The notes beneath the pieces are model-generated. The model saw only the letters and a list, made by a program, of their open reading frames with translations, ran no database searches and was not told where the DNA came from. Positions 1 through 9,009 of a stretch of DNA of 32,000 bases are shown here, one piece after another. The position numbers were made by a program, and so were the translations under genes. Each line of letters begins with the position of its first letter. Positions within the stretch are counted from its first letter, which is position 1. Source of the stretch: Eubacterium sp. MSJ-33 (GTDB lineage Bacteria; Bacillota; Clostridia; Lachnospirales; Lachnospiraceae); NCBI RefSeq assembly GCF_022174665.1, contig NZ_CP076562.1, positions 1,844,525-1,876,524 on the forward strand, given 5' to 3'.

Positions 1-901
1 GTGCTGTCGTAAAATCATCAATGGTCGACTTATCATCCACCACGAAATCCTGTCCATTTACAGAGAATGTCGTTCCAACCTTGATACCCAGATCGGCAAG
101 CTTCGTTGAAGTTGAGATATCTGCACTTGTAAAGTCCTGCTTTACCTTTGCTGTGAAGTCGACACTCTTTGTATTCCCACCATCTGCATCTTTATTATAG
201 CTAATCACGCCAGACAATCCAAATGCATCTGCATTCACAAAAAATGTTGTTCCGACCAGGTCTCCACTATCGTTTGTCTTGGCTGTTGCATTTCCAAAAG
301 TCAGCTTCCCATCCTTAATGCTTGCAGAAAGCCCCTTGAAATTCTCATTTGCAGCCAGCTTTTCGTTCAATTCAGAAAGTGAAGCAACGCCATTTTCACC
401 TTCGCCACCAAGTACAAATTCGATCGTTTCCGTTCCTTCGGAGAACGAAATCGTCTGTCCTTTCAGATTCAGACTATTTCCATCCGCGTCTACCATATCC
501 TCAAATTTTGTAGACAGTCCGGCATCATTATACGTGGTATACGTTTTCCCGTACTTCTTGATATTATCACCGGTCAGATAGGCTGACGATGCAGTCTGCT
601 CGACAGATACCGAATGAGTACCGTTTGTCGCACCGGAACCTGCTTTGACGGATACCTTTGTCTCATCACTGACCGTTGCTTTCTTCGTCTTATAGTTGCT
701 GACCGTCTTAAATGCAGAAAGCTGCGTCTTGTAGAAGTTGTAGATCTTCGTATTTAATCCGCTCCAGATCTCCTTCTTCCACTCGGCATCCTGCTTTTTC
801 TGCTTGATCTTATTTACTTTTTCAGAATTGGCACTAACCAACTCTTTAACCATGCTCTCTGTATCCATACCGGATATGAGGCCTGTCATTCTCATTGCCA
901 T
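1..901 (-). CDS. fliD: Flagellar filament cap protein FliD (hook-associated protein 2), first 300 codons; the 3-prime end runs off the left window edge
   Basis: Absent from the ORF track because no stop lies inside the window. Minus-strand reading from ATG 901-899 gives MAMRMTGLISGMDTESMVKELVSANSEKVNKIKQKKQDAEWKKEIWSGLNTKIYNFYKTQ..., a typical FliD N-terminus. The frame is still open where spot-checked at 2-120 (...ISTSTKLADLGIKVGTTFSVNGQDFVVDDKSTIDDF). AGGAGG at 915-910 lies 8 nt upstream of the ATG. The flaG-fliD order matches Bacillus. Confidence 0.85.
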   Translation of the reverse strand, partial: MAMRMTGLISGMDTESMVKELVSANSEKVNKIKQKKQDAEWKKEIWSGLNTKIYNFYKTQLSAFKTVSNYKTKKATVSDETKVSVKAGSGATNGTHSVSVEQTASSAYLTGDNIKKYGKTYTTYNDAGLSTKFEDMVDADGNSLNLKGQTISFSEGTETIEFVLGGEGENGVASLSELNEKLAANENFKGLSASIKDGKLTFGNATAKTNDSGDLVGTTFFVNADAFGLSGVISYNKDADGGNTKSVDFTAKVKQDFTSADISTSTKLADLGIKVGTTFSVNGQDFVVDDKSTIDDFTTA

Positions 902-913
902 AATGGATACCTC

Positions 914-1372
914 CTATCTTCTCTCATCTACCAGAAGACCTGCCATCTCCCATGCCTTTGCCAGCATGTCGAGCGTTTTCTCCGGCGGAATCTCTCGGAT
1001 TACTTCGTCTGTATCGCTGTCTGTAACCGTGATGGAAATACGGTTTGTATCCTCATGGTACTTAAAGCTTAACTGCGTGTGGTGCAATGGACTTGCCTGC
1101 TTTACGGTCTTGTTCAGATCATCAACCGCTGCCTTGATCTTGTCCGGTGCAACCTCTTTATCGGTCTGTACCGCGCCGCGATCCTGACCATTCTGCTGGC
1201 TGTTATTGTTGCTGTTCGCCTTGCCGCCGACCGGTGGTAAGCTTGCTACCTGCACCTGTTGATTTGCAGTGCTTCCTGTATTCACGTCAACGGTCTCAGC
1301 CTGTGGACGCGTCACACGTGTCTGTGAACTTACATTTAAGGCTCCTACGCCTCCGATTCCATCCATTCCCAT
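914..1372 (-). CDS. flaG: Flagellar protein FlaG
   Basis: The 152-aa product has a low-complexity N-terminal half. The C-terminal half (LSFKYHEDTNRISITVTDSDTDEVIREIPPEKTLDMLAKAWEMAGLLVDERR) matches the FlaG family pattern. ATG start with AAGGAGG upstream; the gene sits directly upstream of fliD. Confidence 0.8.
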   Translation of the reverse strand: MGMDGIGGVGALNVSSQTRVTRPQAETVDVNTGSTANQQVQVASLPPVGGKANSNNNSQQNGQDRGAVQTDKEVAPDKIKAAVDDLNKTVKQASPLHHTQLSFKYHEDTNRISITVTDSDTDEVIREIPPEKTLDMLAKAWEMAGLLVDERR

Positions 1373-1454
1373 AATTTATACGCCTCCTTGCGTGTACTTG
1401 TATGCCTTCCATCCATGAACGGCACACACCTATAGCAACATTTTCCTAATAGTT

Positions 1455-1482
1455 GTATCGTCAACTAATTACTCATACTTTA
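1455..1482 (-). promoter_or_regulatory. Candidate sigma-28 (SigD/FliA)-type promoter for flaG-fliD
   Basis: The minus strand reads TAAA (1482-1479), 16 nt, GACGATAC (1462-1455), against the Bacillus SigD consensus TAAA-N15-GCCGATAT. The spacing is off by one and the -10 is imperfect. B. subtilis also has a SigD promoter ahead of flaG (yvyC)-fliD. Confidence 0.3.
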
Positions 1483-1487
1483 CCACT

Positions 1488-1703
1488 TTATAAGAGTTTT
1501 TTCAAACTTTCTACATCAAGGTTTGCCACGGCTTCGCGGTTTTCCTCCTGAATCTGTGCGTAAATTTCCTTTCGATAGACAGGTACGCTCTTCGGTGCAG
1601 AAATACCGATCTTTACCTGATCGCCCTTTGCCTCGAGCACAGTGATCTCAATGTTATTGCCTATCACGATGGATTCGCCTTGTTTTCTGGATAGTGCTAA
1701 CAT
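1488..1703 (-). CDS. csrA: Carbon storage regulator CsrA (translational repressor of flagellin)
   Basis: [58 protein letters not shown] is a canonical CsrA sequence. The track start at 1712 is a GTG; ATG at 1703 gives the usual MLxLSRK N-terminus and lies 1 nt after the fliW stop. Confidence 0.95.
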   Translation of the reverse strand: MLALSRKQGESIVIGNNIEITVLEAKGDQVKIGISAPKSVPVYRKEIYAQIQEENREAVANLDVESLKKLL

Positions 1704-1704
1704 A

Positions 1705-2169
1705 TTACTCACCTGCCTTTTCTTTCATTTTCTGGATTGCCTCATAGGCATTAAATTTTACTTTGTAATCTTCATTTTCCACAATCACCTGGATGGCTTT
1801 TCTGCCCTCCGTGTTGATGATAATCGGTGCTTTCAGATTGGCTGTCATTTTCGTCAGATCCGAAGGAATCGACAGCGTCACAAACATCAGAATATCCGCA
1901 TCTGCCGGATCGCCAATGTTCTTCATCAGTTCATCCTCCACGATTGGACCATAATCGTCGATCAATTCCGATGGATGAATGATTGGAAGCGCCAGTGCCG
2001 GCTCCTCCATCGACTGTAACCAACTGATCTTCGAACGTACCTCCCGCTCGCTATCAAATATAATTGCAAATTTCTTCAAATTCTCAAAGCCGATCAATCC
2101 CATTGGAAATTCAATGATCTTATCCTCTGCGATATCGACCGTGCCAAATAATCTCGTTTCTGCTACCAT
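1705..2169 (-). CDS. fliW: Flagellar assembly factor FliW (CsrA antagonist)
   Basis: 154 aa, with [21 protein letters not shown] and [19 protein letters not shown] typical of FliW. It sits immediately upstream of csrA as in Bacillus. ATG start with GAGGGA upstream. Confidence 0.9.
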   Translation of the reverse strand: MVAETRLFGTVDIAEDKIIEFPMGLIGFENLKKFAIIFDSEREVRSKISWLQSMEEPALALPIIHPSELIDDYGPIVEDELMKNIGDPADADILMFVTLSIPSDLTKMTANLKAPIIINTEGRKAIQVIVENEDYKVKFNAYEAIQKMKEKAGE

Positions 2170-2199
2170 GTTTTATCCCTCATTTCTAAAATACCTTTT

Positions 2200-3729
2200 C
2201 TACAGATAATCAATCAACGACGCTCTGACCAGATTGCTTGTAGCCGCGAGCGCTGCCTCGTATACAACATTAGCTTCCTTGAAATTCAGTGCCGCTTCCT
2301 CACTGGACACATCCTCATTTTCGGACTTTAATTCCTTGAATGTACTGTACTGCTCTGTCACACGCGTCTTAATCATATCTAGCTTCGTCATACGGCTTCC
2401 GACATCAGACTGGATTGCAGATACCTGATCCATATATCCCTGGAAGTTCGTAATATTCTTCGCAAACGTCTTCTGCATCGTCTCTTTTTTTATAGCGATC
2501 TCAACATTGATATCATCCAGCATTGCATTGATCTGCTTGACTGCATCATCGTTAGACGCATACTGGTTATCAGAAAGCATATTTTTGAGTTTTGTCTGCA
2601 TCTTCTCTGCTGCATCCAGTTCCTGTAACGTATAGATCAGATCATTGATATTATTGCTCATATCATCATTGATAATATTTTTGCCTTCCGTATTGACCTG
2701 AATACTCTGGCTGAAATTCACTTCGTAATAAATCGACTGTGTCCGGTCATATGTATCATAATCTACAGTCTTGATACTGCCATCTGACTGTTCGGTGTAC
2801 TGTGTACAGTCAAAATAATGTTCCGGCCGAAGATCGCCTGCTTCAAATTTATTTTTCGCATAGTCAACCACGATATCATCCGCCTGCTTGAGTGTATTAT
2901 ACACATTCTCACCAAAGATGATCTCTCCGGTCTCTTCAATGATGTTGATATCGTTTGGTCCAACCTTGTAATAAGTGTCCGCATCTGCAGTTGTCTTCAC
3001 TGTCTGAGTAAATCCACTCAGATCGATCGCGTTGCCATTTGCATCCAATGCTTTCAGCGAAAGCGCTGCATTGCCCTGACTGTCCGTATCAGAAATGCCT
3101 TCATATGCCAGATTCAGACGATATACCTGTTGCTTATCCGGCTTCACATACGCACTTGTCCCTGCCAGAATCCCATCCACATCTTCACTATTCACACCAT
3201 TTAACACGACTGTCTTCATATCGAGATCATCTGCATTCAGATGCTGTGTGATCTTATAAGAATATTTCTTGATGTCCTCTGTCTCGTTGAATGCCAAGGA
3301 ACGATCCGTCTTATAGCCAGAGAAGATATACCGACCTGCATAAGTTGAATTTCCCTCGCTGTTGATCATATCCTGCATCTCTTTTAATACATCGATGATC
3401 GCACTTCGATCGGAGGTATTAAACGAATCCGTCGAGCCCTGTGTACAGTAGCTCTGGATATCTTCAAGCCGCGAAGTGATGTTATCGAGAGAAGTTGTCG
3501 TGATCTTCAACCATGACTCCGCATCACCGATGTTCTTATCCTTGTACTGCTCCAACTGTGTTACCATCGTACGAAGCTTCAGCGCACGTACGGCAACAAC
3601 CGGATCTTCGGATGCCTTTGTAATTTTCTTTCCTGTCTCCATCTGCGTTGTGCGGTTGTCCACATTTGCCATCGTCTTCTGCATGTTCCGCAGAGAGTTA
3701 TTGGAGATCATCTGATTCGTAATTCTCAT
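2200..3729 (-). CDS. flgL: Flagellar hook-filament junction protein FlgL (hook-associated protein 3), long form
   Basis: The N-terminus MRITNQMISNNSLRNMQKTMANVDNRTTQMETGKKITKASEDPVVAVRALKLRT has a flagellin-type D0/D1 pattern, and the C-terminus is a flagellin-like helix (ALAATSNLVRASLIDYL). It follows flgK. At 509 aa it is much longer than the roughly 300-aa Bacillus FlgL. Confidence 0.85.
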   Translation of the reverse strand: MRITNQMISNNSLRNMQKTMANVDNRTTQMETGKKITKASEDPVVAVRALKLRTMVTQLEQYKDKNIGDAESWLKITTTSLDNITSRLEDIQSYCTQGSTDSFNTSDRSAIIDVLKEMQDMINSEGNSTYAGRYIFSGYKTDRSLAFNETEDIKKYSYKITQHLNADDLDMKTVVLNGVNSEDVDGILAGTSAYVKPDKQQVYRLNLAYEGISDTDSQGNAALSLKALDANGNAIDLSGFTQTVKTTADADTYYKVGPNDINIIEETGEIIFGENVYNTLKQADDIVVDYAKNKFEAGDLRPEHYFDCTQYTEQSDGSIKTVDYDTYDRTQSIYYEVNFSQSIQVNTEGKNIINDDMSNNINDLIYTLQELDAAEKMQTKLKNMLSDNQYASNDDAVKQINAMLDDINVEIAIKKETMQKTFAKNITNFQGYMDQVSAIQSDVGSRMTKLDMIKTRVTEQYSTFKELKSENEDVSSEEAALNFKEANVVYEAALAATSNLVRASLIDYL

Positions 3730-3759
3730 ATGCTGCTGCCTCCTTCAAGGTTAAGGCTT

Positions 3760-5628
3760 TTATACCCCAGTTTCATTAATTAACTTATCATACACTTCAT
3801 TTAATACAGATATTACTCGGGATGCCAGCCGGTACAGTTCCTGGAACTTCGTCAGGTTCGAACCTTCCTCGTTCTTATCGACTCCGGAAATGGATGCTCT
3901 CTGGTTATCGATCGTATATCGGATATCATCCTGATTTGCCGCAAATACTTCATTCTTCTTTGTATCAACCGCCATGTTCGTCGTGATTGCCTGCAGGAAA
4001 TGTGAAACATTACCCTGCTGGAACATGGAAGAATCCGTCAGTCCAGCCATCATCTTTTCCAGAATGCCTCTTGCCTCTATGTCGCCCTGATCAATATCTT
4101 CCTTGTAAGATACAACGATCTTCTTCGGGTCAGTCTTCCACTGCTGGTTCAGTTCCCAGTTCAGTCCGTTCAGACGATAATAGCTGTCGTCGCTGGAAGA
4201 GATCGTTCCGGTTCCCTGCATGCTGCCCTTCAATACAAAATCATGTCCATCCGGTGCCTGCGCAGTAAATGCATCGAGTCCCGGATTTCCATCTGCATCG
4301 GCACCCGCGCTTGTCAGATCGTTCATGTACTTGGAGAACACACGAACCAGCTCGTTTAACTTTGCCTGATAATACGGAATACCTTTTGTCATATTTTTGA
4401 CGCCAATCTGTGCCTGACGTCCATCAATGCCTGCCGGGAATACTGCGGTTACTTCCGCATTCTTCTCGTTGATCATCGTCATATTTTTAAATGTAAAGTT
4501 GTTCAGCTTTCCGTCCGCATCGTACTCGGCGGTCCAGCCATCATACAGGTAGTCTCTGCCATTTAAAGTGATCGTTCCTTCGGTTGGAATGTTCAGATCC
4601 TTCATAGCAATGCTCTCTGCAAGCGATACGGTCACTTCCGGTGGATTGTCAGATACGGCAGTTGTTGTACCCGAGAACACCTCGCCGTTGTTGCCGTCGC
4701 GGATGTTAAACAGGCCTGCAATTCTTCCGGTTGTATTCGCGGTATTGAAGAATTCACCTGCCGTATCATCTGCGTTCTTCCAGTAGATATCAACCAGACC
4801 ATCCTGATCGTTCTGATTTACCTTCTGCTCCCGTGGAACCACAGTCAGCTCATTGTAACCAAGCTCATCAACCAGTATTTCACCATTGATACGGATTGTC
4901 AGGGTTTTGGCATTTGCTTCGACCTGATCATTCCCCACACCATACATGATGCTTCGCTCGTCCACATCAACGTTTACATATTCAGATAATGTGTCAATAC
5001 ATACACCTCGCTTATCACGCAGGTCGTTTGCATTTCCACCCTTTAATTCGACTGTAATAATCTCCTGTGTCAGCTCGTAGATCTGCTTTGAGAGGGAGTT
5101 CACTTCACTGACTGCAAGCTCAACTTCATCATTGATCGTCTTCTGTGTCGACTGGAAGTTGCTCGCAAGCTCATTTACCATGTCTGTGAAAGAATCTGCG
5201 GTCAATGCAAAAGAGATTCTTGTTGTATAGTCTGCCGGTTTTGTCGAGAGATCCTGCATGGCATCGGACATCTCTGCCATCCATTTTGTATAGCCTGCTT
5301 CGGAAGTCATCTCGTTCATATACGTCTGTAACTGTTCGAGATTGGCATGCTGTGAATTGTACTGGCTGTACTTGGAATTCGCTGACCAGTATTTTGTGTC
5401 GTAATAAGCATTTCTCTGACGTTCTACGGCTGAGGCGGTAATACCGGTTCCCATCATACCGTACGTCTTGTTCAGTCGTAAGGCATCCGATGCGGAAGCC
5501 TGCACGTTCTGTCTGGAATATCCTTTTGTATCCGCATTGGATATATTGTGTGCGGTCGTATTAAGCGCCGTCTGGAAATATGTCAGTCCCGAAAGACCTG
5601 TATTGAGTCCTAAAAATGTAGATGGCAT
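3760..5628 (-). CDS. flgK: Flagellar hook-associated protein 1 family (FlgK paralogue, promoter-distal copy)
   Basis: MPSTFLGLNTGLSGLTYFQTALNTTAHNISNADTKGYSRQ is the rod/hook N-terminal motif. The C-terminus EEGSNLTKFQELYRLASRVISVLNEVYDKLI is FlgK-like. The track start at 5637 is a GTG; ATG at 5628 lies 8 nt after AAGGAG (5642-5637) and is preferred. Confidence 0.85.
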   Translation of the reverse strand: MPSTFLGLNTGLSGLTYFQTALNTTAHNISNADTKGYSRQNVQASASDALRLNKTYGMMGTGITASAVERQRNAYYDTKYWSANSKYSQYNSQHANLEQLQTYMNEMTSEAGYTKWMAEMSDAMQDLSTKPADYTTRISFALTADSFTDMVNELASNFQSTQKTINDEVELAVSEVNSLSKQIYELTQEIITVELKGGNANDLRDKRGVCIDTLSEYVNVDVDERSIMYGVGNDQVEANAKTLTIRINGEILVDELGYNELTVVPREQKVNQNDQDGLVDIYWKNADDTAGEFFNTANTTGRIAGLFNIRDGNNGEVFSGTTTAVSDNPPEVTVSLAESIAMKDLNIPTEGTITLNGRDYLYDGWTAEYDADGKLNNFTFKNMTMINEKNAEVTAVFPAGIDGRQAQIGVKNMTKGIPYYQAKLNELVRVFSKYMNDLTSAGADADGNPGLDAFTAQAPDGHDFVLKGSMQGTGTISSSDDSYYRLNGLNWELNQQWKTDPKKIVVSYKEDIDQGDIEARGILEKMMAGLTDSSMFQQGNVSHFLQAITTNMAVDTKKNEVFAANQDDIRYTIDNQRASISGVDKNEEGSNLTKFQELYRLASRVISVLNEVYDKLINETGV

Positions 5629-5670
5629 CGCTTCCACTCCTTCTTTGTCTATTGCGAATTAGCGTTTCAT

Positions 5671-7488
5671 TTATGCACCCAGCTTCTCGATCAGATATGC
5701 GATCATCTCGGATACGGTGTTGATGTATCGGGAGGACGCATTGTAAGCATGCTGGAATTTGATCATGCTGGAAAGTTCTTCATCGGAGGATACACCAAGC
5801 AACTGCTGTCTCGTATTCTCGGCGTCGGACACTGCCTGCTGTCCGGTTTCCATCATGGATTTGTATGTGTAACCACGGTCTGACAGATCGTCCATCATAC
5901 CGCTGTAATAATCTTTGTAATTGCACTGCACCAGAGAATTCGGGCTGACCGTTGCGAACTTGTCGTTCCACCGTGCCAGCAGCTCATCTGCAATCGTCTG
6001 TGCCTCCTCGCCCGATACACGAGAGAGTGGAAGCAGGGACGGATTCTGCAGCAGCTTCTCGTTTACCTTCAGATTTCCGATTGTATAGAGTGAATAGAAA
6101 TCATCCGGATTCTCTTCGTTATATACCTTGAATGTCTGTGTCGTTCCATCTGCCAGTGTCAATGTCTGTTCTGTGTAACGATCTACGCTGTTTCGCACGA
6201 ACAGTTCCGTACCCGGATACTCGTTGCCATTCCCCATACCGATACCAGCAGCGTCTTCGTCCAGCACCTTTACGGTGGAACCGTCTGCCAGTGTCACGGT
6301 TTTATTCGGACACAACGTATCGTTGATCTGTGTCACCATCGCATGGATCAGCACATCAAACTGTGCCTCCAAATTCGTGATCGTATATGGTTCTACGTAG
6401 GTATTAAAATATTCCAAGTCATCGACATAATCCTTGACGTCCTGCTCATATTGTGCCATTGCAGTCTGATAATCTGCAGGATCTGCAAAATCTTTCTCCA
6501 AAGGCTTTGTCGGTTTTGTTGGAACATCCGTGTAATTGCTGATGAAATAGCCTCGTGACATCATGAGACCATTCAGGGAACCGATATCGCTGTTACTGTC
6601 TGCGGTCGGCACCCGGTTTATATTAAACAAAGGATCGCCATCCTGCTCCCATACAGGCATCAGGAAGTCTGTCGAAGAACCTGTGAATCCATAATTCTGC
6701 TGATACTTCTCATTCTCGCACACTTTCTGTGTCGTCAGTGTGTAGGTTCTTCCAAGCGTAACCAGTGTATGTCCTTCCAGATACACCTCTACCGTGCCAT
6801 CCTCGTTGTTCACGACCTCGGTATTCACAATAGATGAAAGCTTATCAAGTGCCTGGTTCCGCTTGTCCTTTAAGTCGTTTGCCTTTTCAATATTTCCTGC
6901 CTCAACCGCACGGATCTGCTGGTTGAGTTCATAAATGGTAGATGCAAGGTCATTCACTGTCTTGACCTGATCTTTGATCTCCGTGTTCAGATTCCGCTGA
7001 TACTCGATCAGACTGGAACGAATCGTCTGGACACGATCTATCAGGGTGAGTGCATTTGAGATAAAGGAGCTTCGCGTTACGATACTGTTTGACTCCTTCT
7101 GCAGCTCCTGCATTGATGTCCACATGTCATTTAACGTCGTGTTAAAATCCTTACCCTCTAACTCACCAAAATAATTCTCTATCTCCGAAACGGTTTCATA
7201 CTGCGCCTTGTAGTAGTTCATACGACCACTCTCTGTGCGGTAAGTTTCATCCGCAAACTGGTCGCGCACCTGTCGGATCTGTGCCGTCACAACACCCATG
7301 CCGACGGTGTTAATGTAATACGAATCCGTTGCGACTCTGTTATATGACTGGTCTGTCAGGAGTACCTGCTGACGGGTATAGCCCTCAGTCTGTGTATTTA
7401 TTAAATTGTGTGCGGTTGCATTTAACGCATATTGACTTGTCTGAAGTCCTGTTACGCCAACGGACAACCGTCCCATCGTTCCTGCCAT
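5671..7488 (-). CDS. flgK: Flagellar hook-associated protein 1 family (FlgK paralogue, promoter-proximal copy)
   Basis: N-terminus LSVGVTGLQTSQYALNATAHNLINTQTEGYTRQQV and C-terminus DEELSSMIKFQHAYNASSRYINTVSEMIAYLIEKL are both FlgK-like. 605 aa. ATG start with AAGGGAG upstream. It follows flgN as flgK does in Bacillus. Confidence 0.85.
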   Translation of the reverse strand: MAGTMGRLSVGVTGLQTSQYALNATAHNLINTQTEGYTRQQVLLTDQSYNRVATDSYYINTVGMGVVTAQIRQVRDQFADETYRTESGRMNYYKAQYETVSEIENYFGELEGKDFNTTLNDMWTSMQELQKESNSIVTRSSFISNALTLIDRVQTIRSSLIEYQRNLNTEIKDQVKTVNDLASTIYELNQQIRAVEAGNIEKANDLKDKRNQALDKLSSIVNTEVVNNEDGTVEVYLEGHTLVTLGRTYTLTTQKVCENEKYQQNYGFTGSSTDFLMPVWEQDGDPLFNINRVPTADSNSDIGSLNGLMMSRGYFISNYTDVPTKPTKPLEKDFADPADYQTAMAQYEQDVKDYVDDLEYFNTYVEPYTITNLEAQFDVLIHAMVTQINDTLCPNKTVTLADGSTVKVLDEDAAGIGMGNGNEYPGTELFVRNSVDRYTEQTLTLADGTTQTFKVYNEENPDDFYSLYTIGNLKVNEKLLQNPSLLPLSRVSGEEAQTIADELLARWNDKFATVSPNSLVQCNYKDYYSGMMDDLSDRGYTYKSMMETGQQAVSDAENTRQQLLGVSSDEELSSMIKFQHAYNASSRYINTVSEMIAYLIEKLGA

Positions 7489-7509
7489 ACGTCTACTCCC
7501 TTATTCCTG

Positions 7510-8037
7510 TTAATTCTGTACATCAAATCTGCCTGGTGCATCGGCACCACCTGCATATGCGGCATTTCCTTTGAACATATCTTTCGAATATTCTGCCGTC
7601 TCCGGCGCCCGATTCAGATTCTGCATCAGATTGATGTTATACTCGATCATTTCAAGTGCATCCTGAATCAGATTCTGATTGTGTCCATTTACTTCCCGGA
7701 CTTTCCGTGCAAGCTTTGCCAGCTTCTCGTTGATCGCAAGCAGCGGATCATGGAATTCCGGCTGTCCTTCCAGAAATGTAACAACATCCATCACTTTGAC
7801 ATCATCTGGTCGTTTACCTAAGATATTCGCTACATTTGTCATTGTCTCACGCCGTCTGTGCTCCACGCTTGCGAGTGCATCTGCCAGACGCTGCTCCTTC
7901 TCGGTTGTCTCAGACAGACGATCAAGGTTGTTCGATACGATCGCGCCCGTCTTCTCCATAGACACCTGAAGAAGCTGCTCATACAAGGCATATTCATCAT
8001 TTAATTCTGTAATCAGGTTTTCAATTATACTTGCCAT
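7510..8037 (-). CDS. flgN: FlgN-family flagellar export chaperone (YvyG-like)
   Basis: A 175-aa helical protein (LITELNDEYALYEQLLQVSMEKTGAIVSNNLDRLSETTEKEQRL) lying between flgM and flgK, the position of flgN/yvyG in Bacillus. The family call rests on position plus general sequence character. Confidence 0.65.
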   Translation of the reverse strand: MASIIENLITELNDEYALYEQLLQVSMEKTGAIVSNNLDRLSETTEKEQRLADALASVEHRRRETMTNVANILGKRPDDVKVMDVVTFLEGQPEFHDPLLAINEKLAKLARKVREVNGHNQNLIQDALEMIEYNINLMQNLNRAPETAEYSKDMFKGNAAYAGGADAPGRFDVQN

Positions 8038-8050
8038 GTCGCATCCTCAT

Positions 8051-8338
8051 TTACATATTTGCTTTGCTGTAGCTGTCTAATAATTTCTGTGCAAAATCAT
8101 CCACACTCACATCGTATGTGCCATTATCAATTCTTCTCTTCAAATCCTGAATCTTCGATTCTCTGACATCTGGTGTGTTACCAAGTGCAGTTTTCGCTGT
8201 CTGCATATCTTTTCCCATGCTTGAGAAAGATACCTGATCTAAAAAGCTTCCTGACGATGTTGTTCCTGCAGATTTGGTCTTCTTGGTTCCAGTATTTCCA
8301 TAAATCTGACTGAGCATATTATAGGTTCCTATTCTCAT
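8051..8338 (-). CDS. flgM: Anti-sigma-28 factor FlgM
   Basis: 95 aa. The C-terminal segment RESKIQDLKRRIDNGTYDVSVDDFAQKLL matches the FlgM sigma-binding helix pattern. Strong SD (AAGGAGGGAG). Position is yvyF-flgM-flgN as in Bacillus. Confidence 0.8.
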   Translation of the reverse strand: MRIGTYNMLSQIYGNTGTKKTKSAGTTSSGSFLDQVSFSSMGKDMQTAKTALGNTPDVRESKIQDLKRRIDNGTYDVSVDDFAQKLLDSYSKANM

Positions 8339-8405
8339 ATCGCTCCCTCCTTTTTCCTGTACTTCGTCAACAGCAGTTGCCTGCTATTGCGATTCTTCAA
8401 TAAGA

Positions 8406-8432
8406 TTATCGGAAGTTTTCCACGTATCATAA
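8406..8432 (-). promoter_or_regulatory. Candidate sigma-28-type promoter for the flgM operon
   Basis: The minus strand has TCCGATAA (8413-8406), close to the SigD -10 consensus GCCGATAT. The -35 position 15 nt upstream reads TTAT rather than TAAA. The site lies between an upstream terminator and flgM, where Bacillus has a SigD promoter. Confidence 0.3.
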
Positions 8433-8444
8433 CCCTTTTCATGT

Positions 8445-8481
8445 AAAAAAAGACATATGCACCTTCATTTGTGCATATGTC
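8445..8481 (-). terminator. Rho-independent terminator after the yvyF-like gene
   Basis: The minus strand reads GACATATGCAC-AAATGAAG-GTGCATATGTC followed by TTTTTTT. This is a perfect 11-bp stem (8452-8462 pairing with 8471-8481), an 8-nt loop and a U-run from 8451 to 8445. Confidence 0.8.
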
Positions 8482-8538
8482 CCTAACATAAAATGTACTT
8501 TTTGAAAGATAAATTTCTTTTGCCTGTTCCACCTGATA

Positions 8539-8934
8539 TTAATCCAGGAAACGCATCTTTCCGGCTGCGCTTTTCCGTACTGCCTGCTGTCGCTCCCGCT
8601 TATATGCATTGTTCATAGCATCTGCAAGTCCACCCGCACAGTCCTTACAGAATCTGCCACTATGGATCATCTTTCCGCAGCGCTCACACTCCAGCCCTAC
8701 CAAAGAATCATCAGTAAAGGACAGACGTTCCTCACGTACCCAATACTTGATCTGCTTGATCGTGACATCGCATGCTTCTGCCACCTGATTGATGTTCTCA
8801 CGTGGATTCTCCTCAATGTATTTCTTTACTTCCTGAAACTTCTCTTCCAGTTTCTCCTTACACGCAGGGCACAACTTCTCTCCTGCGATATAATTAAAAA
8901 GCTTTTTACAATTTCTACAGTTCATCAGTTCCAT
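8539..8934 (-). CDS. Flagellar-operon zinc-ribbon protein, YvyF type
   Basis: MELMNCRNCKKLFNYIAGEKLCPACKEKLEEKFQEVKKYIEENP... has CxxC...CxxC pairs at both ends and an HTH-like middle, closely resembling B. subtilis YvyF. It sits between comFC and flgM, as yvyF does. Confidence 0.8.
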   Translation of the reverse strand: MELMNCRNCKKLFNYIAGEKLCPACKEKLEEKFQEVKKYIEENPRENINQVAEACDVTIKQIKYWVREERLSFTDDSLVGLECERCGKMIHSGRFCKDCAGGLADAMNNAYKRERQQAVRKSAAGKMRFLD

Positions 8935-9009
8935 CTATCTATGCCGCCTTTCTTTTCATCTCATAATCCAGTGCATATGCAAATAACCTTCTGTCTCCAG
9001 CTCTCTGCA

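Noticed and set aside
5629-5637. Track start codons that are GTG extensions (flgK at 5637, csrA at 1712, lipoprotein at 18237)
   Set aside because: In each case an in-frame ATG a few codons downstream has better SD spacing and gives the family-typical N-terminus. Feature coordinates were trimmed accordingly.
8335-8532. 65-aa minus-strand ORF between the yvyF-like gene and flgM
   Set aside because: It spans a perfect rho-independent terminator (8445-8481) and the candidate flgM promoter. It has no SD, an implausible basic and low-complexity composition, and overlaps the flgM start. It is treated as intergenic.
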